Source: Minisyncoccota bacterium | GTDB taxonomy: Bacteria; Patescibacteriota; Minisyncoccia; Phycocordibacterales; UBA9973 | NCBI GenBank assembly: GCA_041662205.1 | Contig: JBAZSZ010000002.1 | Coordinates: forward strand, 103,266 to 167,265 | Reading direction: 5' to 3' | DNA length: 64,000 bases | Shown here: positions 56,689 through 64,000 of the stretch, piece after piece | Layout: every line of letters starts with the position of its first letter | How positions within the stretch are numbered: the stretch's first letter is position 1 | Made by a program: the position numbers and the translations under genes | The notes under the pieces: generated by a model | The model's input: only the letters and a program-made list of their open reading frames with translations | Told to the model about the DNA's origin: nothing | The model's database searches: none

Positions 56689-57300
56689 CTACTGAGAATT
56701 TTTGAAATTTTCCTCTACCATTTCCCAATTTAGATTTGCGAAAAAGTCTTCAACATATTGTTTTTTACCACTAGGTTGATAGTCTGTCACAAAAGCGTGT
56801 TCCCACATATCAATACCCAAAATCCAATTAAGACCATTTAATTGTCCTAAATGATGCTCATCTATCCAAGCATCTATAAATTGATTTGTTTCTTTGTCCC
56901 AATATAATACGGCCCAGCCGATCCCGCGAGTCATGGCTAGAGATTTAAACTTAGTAAGCCAAGCATCAAAAAATAATCCTTGTTTTTCTATAGCATTTTT
57001 AAATGTAGAATTTGTTGGTAGTGGCCTTGCTCCTCCTTCAAGAGATTTGAAATAATATTCATGATTACGCATGCCGTTGAATTCAAAACCAAATCTTCTA
57101 TGTAATTCTCCTATCAAATAAATAACACCCGGTGTTAATTCTCTTATTTCAGACATTTTGTCATATTCTTCAAGCTTTTCCAAAATTAGGTTTGTGTTTT
57201 TTACATAGCCAGCATAAAGCTTCAAATGTTCTTCAATATTTTTTGAAGAGATACCTTTTAAAGTTCCAATATTAAATTTTTTTTCTTCAAACTTCTTCAT
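56689..57300 (-). CDS. sodA: Fe/Mn superoxide dismutase
   Basis: LHRRFGFEFNGMRNHEYYF and GIDMWEHAFVTDYQ (D-x-W-E-H). Confidence 0.85.
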   Translation of the reverse strand: MKKFEEKKFNIGTLKGISSKNIEEHLKLYAGYVKNTNLILEKLEEYDKMSEIRELTPGVIYLIGELHRRFGFEFNGMRNHEYYFKSLEGGARPLPTNSTFKNAIEKQGLFFDAWLTKFKSLAMTRGIGWAVLYWDKETNQFIDAWIDEHHLGQLNGLNWILGIDMWEHAFVTDYQPSGKKQYVEDFFANLNWEMVEENFKNSQ

Positions 57301-57314
57301 GCTAATATTGTAGC

Positions 57315-58184
57315 ATGTCTAAAGATATCAAACAGTACAGGCTGTTTATTCTTACATTTTTTCTTTTATTTACAACGGTTTTTCTGGCTCATTTAGATTG
57401 GCAAAATTCTCACCGTAGCTTTACTTTTGCTATGCTGGACGTCGGTCAGGGTGATGCGCTTTTTGTAGAATCTCCGACAGGTACGCAAGTAATGTTTGAT
57501 GGTGGACCGGCGCGCAAAGTTTTAGGTCCACTTACAAGAGTGATGTCTCCATTTGATAAAACTATTGATGCATTAGTTATCACTAATCCAGACGCTGATC
57601 ACATTGGCGGGTTTTTAGATATTTTAAAAAATTATAAAGTGGGTGTTGTGTTGGAGTCGGGTACTTTGACTGATTCCAAAACTTATCAAAATCTTAGGGA
57701 AGAAATGAAAAAGCAAAACATTCCGGATATTTTAGCTAAAAGAGGAATGAGATTGGATTTAGGTGGTGGAGTTGTGATTGATATTTTATTTCCTGATAGA
57801 GATGTCTCCGAGTGGGCTACTAATGATGGAGGAGTAGTGGCGCGAATGACTTATGGAGAGACGTCAATCATGCTTACTGGTGATATAGGAGCAAAAACAG
57901 AACAAATAATTCTTGAGGAAAATTCTCAGATACAACTAAAGAGCACTATTTTAAAAGTCGGACATCATGGTTCGCATACTTCTTCGTCTTCGGGTTTTGT
58001 AAAAGCTGTTTCTCCGATGTATGCGCTCATTTCAGATGGTAAAGATAATAACTATGGCCACCCACATAAAGAAACACTCGATACTTTAGCTAAATTTGGA
58101 GCAAATATTTTCCGAACTGACTTATTGGGCACAATGGTTATGAAATCCGACGGTCAGAATGTCAATTTTTTATTCCACAAGTAG
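57315..58184 (+). CDS. Metallo-beta-lactamase-fold protein resembling the ComEC C-terminal domain, encoded separately
   Basis: N-terminal TM helix, then MLDVGQGDALFVESPTGTQVMFDGGP and HxHxDH (DADHIGG). Confidence 0.65.
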   Translation: MSKDIKQYRLFILTFFLLFTTVFLAHLDWQNSHRSFTFAMLDVGQGDALFVESPTGTQVMFDGGPARKVLGPLTRVMSPFDKTIDALVITNPDADHIGGFLDILKNYKVGVVLESGTLTDSKTYQNLREEMKKQNIPDILAKRGMRLDLGGGVVIDILFPDRDVSEWATNDGGVVARMTYGETSIMLTGDIGAKTEQIILEENSQIQLKSTILKVGHHGSHTSSSSGFVKAVSPMYALISDGKDNNYGHPHKETLDTLAKFGANIFRTDLLGTMVMKSDGQNVNFLFHK

Positions 58185-58215
58185 ACAGGAAAATAAATAT
58201 GATATACTTCATTTC

Positions 58216-59406
58216 ATGAAAGATAAAAAAATTGAGAGTCTTATTAAAAATGAGACAAAGAGGCAAAAAAGTATTATTAATCTTATTCCTTCCGAGAATT
58301 ATGTTTCTAAAGATGTTTTAACAGCGCTCGGTTCTATTTTTGACAATAAATATGCTGAAGGATATCCCTATGCTCGATATTATGGAGGGCAAAGATACAC
58401 AGATGAGCTAGAGACTCTTTGCCAAGATAGAGCTCGAAAACTTTTCAAATTAAAAAAAGATTTATGGCATGTAAATGTTCAGCCACTTTCAGGGTCACCA
58501 GCAAATTTAGCTGTATATTTAGCACTTGTGCCACAAGGGGGCAAGATCATGGGGCTACCTCTTTCTTCTGGTGGACATTTGACTCATGGTCAAAAAGTTT
58601 CAATCACTGGTAAAGTTTGGGAACAAGTACCTATCGGGATAGATTTGAAAACTGAACTTATTGATTATAAAAAAATGAAAGAGGATGCTGTTAGAGAAAA
58701 ACCAAAACTAATTGTTGTAGGATTTACTGCCTATCCAAGAATAGTTGATTTCAAAAAATGTCGTGAAGTGGCTGATGCTTGCGGAGCATACTTAATGGTA
58801 GATATGTCTCATTTTGCTGGATTAGTAGCGGGTGAAGCTTATCCATCACCCTTTCAATATGCAGATGTCGTTACAACCACTACCCATAAAACTCTTCGTG
58901 GCCCTCGAGGTGCCATGATTTTTTCTAGAAAAGATAAAAAAATTGGAGATAAAAATATTTCAGTTTTGATTGATAAAGCTATTTTCCCAGGCATACAAGG
59001 AGGTCCGCATATGGGGCAGATAGCAGCTATCGCTGTCGCTCTCAAAGAAGATGATTCACCTGCGTTTAAAAAATATGCAAAACAAATTCTCAAGAATGCA
59101 AAAGCATTAGCAGACGAACTTAGTCGCTTGGGTTGGAGAATCGTTTCTGGGGGGACAGAGTCGCATCTTATTTTGGTGGATACTTGGATGGATGGAAAAG
59201 GTATTTCAGGAAAAGAAGCCGAGGCCAAGCTTGAAAAAGCTGGAATCATTTGCAACAAAAACACGATTCCAGGTGAAACTCGTTCACCATTTGATCCTTC
59301 TGGTATTCGGATAGGTACACCAGCAGAAACTACTTTAGGTAAAAAAGAGAAAGATATGATCTTGATCGCTAGAAAAATAGATAAGACTTTAAAGGGGAAG
59401 AAATAA
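58216..59406 (+). CDS. glyA: Serine hydroxymethyltransferase
   Basis: LIPSENYVS, AEGYP, and the PLP site TTTTHKTLRGPRG. Confidence 0.9.
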   Translation: MKDKKIESLIKNETKRQKSIINLIPSENYVSKDVLTALGSIFDNKYAEGYPYARYYGGQRYTDELETLCQDRARKLFKLKKDLWHVNVQPLSGSPANLAVYLALVPQGGKIMGLPLSSGGHLTHGQKVSITGKVWEQVPIGIDLKTELIDYKKMKEDAVREKPKLIVVGFTAYPRIVDFKKCREVADACGAYLMVDMSHFAGLVAGEAYPSPFQYADVVTTTTHKTLRGPRGAMIFSRKDKKIGDKNISVLIDKAIFPGIQGGPHMGQIAAIAVALKEDDSPAFKKYAKQILKNAKALADELSRLGWRIVSGGTESHLILVDTWMDGKGISGKEAEAKLEKAGIICNKNTIPGETRSPFDPSGIRIGTPAETTLGKKEKDMILIARKIDKTLKGKK

Positions 59407-59455
59407 AAGTTTAAAATAGTTTTTAATTTAGCTCTTTTTCTGCTATATTTTCTAT

Positions 59456-60160
59456 ATGGCCAAGAAGAAACAAAGAGGGAAACTCATCGTTATAGATGGC
59501 ACTGATGGCAGCGGGAAGGCGACGCAGGTTAAATTTTTGTCGGAGAGGCTAAAAAAAGAAGGGAAGATAGTAAAGATTGTTGATTTTCCTGAGTATTATA
59601 AGAATTTTTTTGGAGCATTTCTTGGTCACTGCCTTTCTGAGCAATATTATAATTTTTTAAATGTTCATCCAAAGATTGCTTCGGTGCTGTATGCGGCGGA
59701 TCGTTTTGAATCGAGCGAGGAAATGAGAAGTTGGCTCCAAAAAGGATATATCGTTATTGCGAACCGCTATGTTTCTGCTAATCAAATTCACCAAGGCGGG
59801 AAAATCAAGGACACAAAAAAACGTAATAATTTTATAAAATGGCTGGATGAAATGGAATACGGAGTTTTTAAAATTCCTCGTCCCGACGTTACTCTGTATT
59901 TGAGTTTGCCGATCGATATTGTTTCACAACTTTTAAAACATCGTGATAGTAGTAAAATGAAGAGAGCTTATTTAAAAAAGAAAAAAGATGTGCATGAGGA
60001 AGATGTAAATTTTCTTAAAAATTCTATAAAAAGTGCTTTAAAATTAGAAAAAGAAGTTCCTCATTTTATTAAAATTGACTGTGCTCCTAAGGGAGAAATT
60101 TTATCTCGTGAAATAATCCACGAAAAAATTTATGAAAAGATTAAAAAAGTTTTGAAATAA
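59456..60160 (+). CDS. tmk: Thymidylate kinase-like P-loop kinase
   Basis: P-loop IVIDGTDGSGKAT and the DRY-like motif ADRFESS. Confidence 0.7.
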   Translation: MAKKKQRGKLIVIDGTDGSGKATQVKFLSERLKKEGKIVKIVDFPEYYKNFFGAFLGHCLSEQYYNFLNVHPKIASVLYAADRFESSEEMRSWLQKGYIVIANRYVSANQIHQGGKIKDTKKRNNFIKWLDEMEYGVFKIPRPDVTLYLSLPIDIVSQLLKHRDSSKMKRAYLKKKKDVHEEDVNFLKNSIKSALKLEKEVPHFIKIDCAPKGEILSREIIHEKIYEKIKKVLK

Positions 60161-60167
60161 TAAATAA

Positions 60168-60593
60168 ATGCAAATTAAAGTTAAAAAACTCATAGAAGAT
60201 GCAAAATTGCCAACCCATGGGCACCCCGGGGATGCGGGGATGGATTTTTATTGTGTGGAAGATGTTCTTTTTCCACCTGGTAAACAGGAGAGAGTCCGCA
60301 CTGGCATAGCCATTGAAATTCCAGAAGGACATGTAGGTCTTATCTGGGACAAATCAAGCATATCTTTTAATCTTGGATTGAAGATCATGGGCGGGGTTAT
60401 TGATTCTGGTTTTCGGGGTGAGATCACTATGAATCTTTTGAATGTTTCTAATAAAGAAGTATTGATGACCAAAGATCATAAGATTGCTCAAATGGTAATT
60501 CAAAAATTTGAACATTGTGATATTGTAGAGGTTGATGAGCTTTCAGAGACTGTGCGTGGAGAAGGCCGAGAAGGGAGTACTGGTAAAAAATGA
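60168..60593 (+). CDS. dut: dUTP diphosphatase
   Basis: GDAGMDF, GVIDSGFRGEI, and C-terminal GEGREGSTG. Confidence 0.85.
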   Translation: MQIKVKKLIEDAKLPTHGHPGDAGMDFYCVEDVLFPPGKQERVRTGIAIEIPEGHVGLIWDKSSISFNLGLKIMGGVIDSGFRGEITMNLLNVSNKEVLMTKDHKIAQMVIQKFEHCDIVEVDELSETVRGEGREGSTGKK

Positions 60594-60623
60594 TATAAAA
60601 TTTTTACAAAAACATTCTAAATT

Positions 60624-62363
60624 ATGGAACAAGAAATAAAAAATTTAATAAAAGATGCACTAAATAATCTAAGCATAGAAGTTAGCAATATTGTTCTAGA
60701 ACATCCAGAAAATTCATCCAACGGAGATTATTCTACGAATGTGGCTTTAGCTATATCAAAAAGTGTTGAAAGAAACCCTAAAGAATTAGCAGAAAAAATA
60801 ATTACTGAAATAATTAGGTTAAATATTGATAAAAATATTGAAAAAATAGAAGTTGCTGGTAATGGTTTTATTAATTTCTATTTATCGAGAGAGTTTTTTA
60901 GAAAAAGTATCGAAGAAATTTTAAATAATCCAGAAAACTTTGGGAAAAATAATTCGTTAGAAGGGAAAAAAATAATGGTGGAATATACGGACCCAAACCC
61001 TTTTAAGCCTTTTCATATTGGACATTTGATGAGTAATGCTATAGGAGAATCAATCTCGCGTCTTGTAGAATTTTCTGGAGCAAAAACTACGCGTGCAAAT
61101 TATCAGGGAGATGTCGGGTTGCATGTAGCGAAAGCCATTTACGGACTTTTAGAAAATGAAAAATTACAAAATAAAATAGGATCAAATGCGCTACAAGCAT
61201 CAAATATAGGGCGAGCTTATGCGCGGGGCGCAGAGCTTTATGAAATTGATGAGAAAATAAAAAAAGAAATAGATGAAATAAATAAAAAACTTTATATTAA
61301 AGATAATGATAAAAAAGACAAAAAAATAAATGAAATATATGAGTGGGGTTTCAAGGTGACGATGGAAGCTTTTGAAGATTTGTATAAAATACTCGGTACA
61401 AAATTTGATTTTTATTTTTTGGAAAGCATGATGGCGGATATCGGGCGAGAAATTGTAAATGATAATATGGGAAAAATTTTTGAAGAATCTGAAGGAGCTA
61501 TTGTGTTTAAAGCAGAGAAGTACAATATAGAAGGTCAGCCTAAATTTCACACTCGAGTTTTTATTACTTCCCAAAGTTTACCTACATATGAAACTAAAGA
61601 ACTTGGCTTAACAGCTGAAAAATTTAAAACTTATCCGGAGATGGATTTATCTATTGTGGTTACTGCTAATGAACAAATGGATTATATGCGGGTTGTGGCA
61701 AAAGCTATTTCTCTTATTCATCCTGAATATGAGAAAAAAATGTTTCATATTACTCACGGGATGATGCGTTTGACTACTGGCAAGATGGGGTCCAGAAAGG
61801 GAAATGTCATTACCGGGGAATTTCTCTTAAATGATGCTCGAGATGCTATTTTAGAGAAAATGACTGATAGAGATTTTTCTCCTGAAGAAGAAGAAAAAGT
61901 GGCAAACGAAGTTAGCGTTTCTGCCTTAAAATATTCTATATTAAAACAATCAATTGGTGGAGATATTGTTTTTGATTTTGAAAAATCTATTTCTTTTGAG
62001 GGAGATTCAGGGCCATATTTGCAATATTCTTATGCTAGAGCGAATTCAATTTTAGAAAAAGCACAAAAAGAAAATATCTTGCCAGATCCACATGCTTTCC
62101 TGCCAGAAATTTTTGAAGTAGAAAAATTATTATATAAATTTCCGGAAGTTGTATTACGTTCAGCAAAGGAATATGAACCGCATTATATTGTAAATTATTT
62201 AATAGAAGTTGCTCGTTCTTTTAATAGCTTTTATGGCAACAATATTATTGTAAATAAAGAAGACAAAACTTCTTCTTATAAAATAGCTCTGACTTACGCT
62301 TTTTCTTTTGTAATGAAAAATGGTTTGCGCCTTCTCGGCATCGTGGCTCCGAAGAAAATGTAG
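60624..62363 (+). CDS. argS: Arginyl-tRNA synthetase
   Basis: N-terminal Arg-tRNA-synthetase add-on domain, class I HIGH (PFHIGHL), and a C-terminal DALR anticodon-binding domain (VARSFNSFYGNNIIV). Confidence 0.8.
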   Translation: MEQEIKNLIKDALNNLSIEVSNIVLEHPENSSNGDYSTNVALAISKSVERNPKELAEKIITEIIRLNIDKNIEKIEVAGNGFINFYLSREFFRKSIEEILNNPENFGKNNSLEGKKIMVEYTDPNPFKPFHIGHLMSNAIGESISRLVEFSGAKTTRANYQGDVGLHVAKAIYGLLENEKLQNKIGSNALQASNIGRAYARGAELYEIDEKIKKEIDEINKKLYIKDNDKKDKKINEIYEWGFKVTMEAFEDLYKILGTKFDFYFLESMMADIGREIVNDNMGKIFEESEGAIVFKAEKYNIEGQPKFHTRVFITSQSLPTYETKELGLTAEKFKTYPEMDLSIVVTANEQMDYMRVVAKAISLIHPEYEKKMFHITHGMMRLTTGKMGSRKGNVITGEFLLNDARDAILEKMTDRDFSPEEEEKVANEVSVSALKYSILKQSIGGDIVFDFEKSISFEGDSGPYLQYSYARANSILEKAQKENILPDPHAFLPEIFEVEKLLYKFPEVVLRSAKEYEPHYIVNYLIEVARSFNSFYGNNIIVNKEDKTSSYKIALTYAFSFVMKNGLRLLGIVAPKKM

Positions 62364-62374
62364 TAGAATAGGAC

Positions 62375-63979
62375 GTGACTCAAAGTGAAGCTTTAAATAT
62401 TTTAAAAACTGGCGCCAATGTTTTTTTAACGGGGGAGCCAGGGGCGGGGAAAACGCACACTATAAATAATTTTGTGAATTATTTGCGTGCCTGTGAAGTA
62501 GAACCTGCGATTACTGCTTCTACAGGTATTGCTGCGACGCATATCGGCGGGATGACTATCCATTCTTGGAGCGGAATCGGTATCAGAACTAAATTAGATA
62601 AATATGATTTAGATAAAATTGCGAGCAGTGAATATGTTTGCAAGCGTGTTCGTCGGACCCATGTTTTGATAATTGATGAGATTTCTATGCTCTCTACAAA
62701 GATGCTTGATATGGTGGATCTGGTTTGTCGGGAAATAAAACAAAATGATGAACCATTTGGCGGCATTCAAGTTATTTTGGTAGGTGATTTTTTTCAATTA
62801 CCGCCGATTGTAGGAATGCACGATAATAATAAAAATAAACAAAGTTCACTTATCTCAGAGGTCGGACCTATGGGGATTTTTGCTTATAATAGTGGAGCGT
62901 GGGAGAGAGCTGGGTTAGTTGTTTGTTATCTGACTGAACAGCATCGACAGGATGATAAAGATTTTCTTTCCGTTCTTTCCGGCATACGTGAGAATAATTT
63001 TTCCCAAACACATAAAAAATTTATAACTGCTCGACAGATTGATCTTGATGATATAGGAGAAGAGACCATGAATATTACCAAACTTTTTTCGCATAATATA
63101 GACGTAGATCGGGTAAACAATATTGAACTTGGAAAATTAGAGGAAGAAGTAAAATTATTCAAAATGTCTGGAAATGGAAATGATAAGATGATAGAGACAC
63201 TTAAGAAAGGATGTTTGTCGCCAGAAAATTTAGAGCTTAAAATCGGAGCGGTGGTGATGTGCACCAAGAATAATCAAAAAGAAAGATTTGTAAATGGCAC
63301 ACTCGGCGTGGTGACAGGGTTTGAAGAATTTAGCGGACATCCAATTATCAAAACTAGAAACGGACGAAGTATTATTGTTCCACCCTCGGATTGGATGGTA
63401 GAAGAAAATGGAAAAATCCGCGCACAAATAACCCAGATACCGCTCCGACTGGCTTGGGCTATTACGGTGCACAAGAGCCAGGGGATGAGCATGGATGCAG
63501 CGGTAATGGATTTGTCGCAAGTGTTTGAATTCGGGCAGGGTTATGTGGCGCTTTCTCGTGTGCGCAGGCTCTCGGGTCTTTATCTCCTTGGAATCAACGA
63601 GCACGCTTTTAAGGTGCATCCAGAAGTTTTAGAAAAAGATATTTCTTTTAAGAAAAAGTCTAGAGAAGCAGTAAAAGTCTTTGGAGAACTTTCAGAAAAT
63701 GATCTAAAAAAAATGCACAATGATTTTGTAATTGCTTGCGGTGGAAAGATAGGGAAAGAGAAGATGAAAGGCGCATCGAGTACCGCGCGCCTTGACGCAT
63801 TTTCCGAAATCAGAGAAAAACATCCCAATGCGTATCGTCCATGGAGTAAAGAACAAGATGAAGAATTGAAAAAGTTATTTACTTCAGGCGCTAAAATAAT
63901 TGATCTAATGAAAAGTTTTGGTAGGAAAAGGGGTGGGATTACAGCTAGGCTCGAAAAGCTCGGGTTGGTAGAGAAATAA
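62375..63979 (+). CDS. PIF1/RecD-like (AAA_30 + UvrD_C_2) DNA helicase with a C-terminal extension
   Basis: Walker A GEPGAGKTHT, Walker B LIIDEISM, and motifs VGDFFQLPP and TVHKSQGMS. Confidence 0.75.
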   Translation: MTQSEALNILKTGANVFLTGEPGAGKTHTINNFVNYLRACEVEPAITASTGIAATHIGGMTIHSWSGIGIRTKLDKYDLDKIASSEYVCKRVRRTHVLIIDEISMLSTKMLDMVDLVCREIKQNDEPFGGIQVILVGDFFQLPPIVGMHDNNKNKQSSLISEVGPMGIFAYNSGAWERAGLVVCYLTEQHRQDDKDFLSVLSGIRENNFSQTHKKFITARQIDLDDIGEETMNITKLFSHNIDVDRVNNIELGKLEEEVKLFKMSGNGNDKMIETLKKGCLSPENLELKIGAVVMCTKNNQKERFVNGTLGVVTGFEEFSGHPIIKTRNGRSIIVPPSDWMVEENGKIRAQITQIPLRLAWAITVHKSQGMSMDAAVMDLSQVFEFGQGYVALSRVRRLSGLYLLGINEHAFKVHPEVLEKDISFKKKSREAVKVFGELSENDLKKMHNDFVIACGGKIGKEKMKGASSTARLDAFSEIREKHPNAYRPWSKEQDEELKKLFTSGAKIIDLMKSFGRKRGGITARLEKLGLVEK

Positions 63980-64000
63980 AGCATCTTATGTTAAAATCAG

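Overview
This is an AT-rich (roughly 33-36% GC) bacterial chromosomal segment with densely packed, mostly housekeeping genes. The gene content (small proteins, a type IV pilus locus, a TMEM175-like channel, few biosynthetic pathways) is consistent with a reduced Patescibacteria/CPR-like genome; that placement is inference only. Recognisable genes include ksgA, uvrD/pcrA, cca, xth, xerC/D, the rpsO-NYN-pnp group, metK, a dksA/traR-like gene, comM, lexA, hup, rny, clpP, pyrD-pyrE-pyrF, argG-argH, tig, ppa, nusA, pilB-pilC plus four prepilin-like genes, tpiA-pgk, recJ, rnhA, a ComEC split into two genes around sodA, glyA, tmk-dut, argS and a PIF1/RecD-like helicase. I found four tRNAs by hand (Gly-UCC, Pro-UGG, Gly-GCC, Arg-UCG) and no rRNA or CRISPR array. 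The most unusual signal is a family of about 39-bp GC-rich palindromic elements (core ATGGTCTGGCCGGGATAGGGACCCGGAGAACCGAGGACC) with six copies, five of them in-frame inside essential genes (ksgA once, uvrD twice, cca once, comM once as an internally deleted copy). Copies lie in both orientations and reading frames, and one intergenic copy carries compensatory stem mutations. Other notable signals are two related families of structured GC-rich intergenic elements with compensatory hairpin substitutions, a perfect 53-bp palindrome between metK and the dksA-like gene, and a recurring perfect DnaA-box 12-mer (AGTTATCCACA) just upstream of several promoters. There is also a Cheo-type SOS box inside the promoter of a small ORF translationally coupled to lexA, a candidate leader terminator upstream of nusA, and a GC-rich (about 59% GC locally) secreted repeat-protein gene that looks foreign. 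Coordinates of hand-called RNA genes and motifs are approximate to within 1-2 nt.
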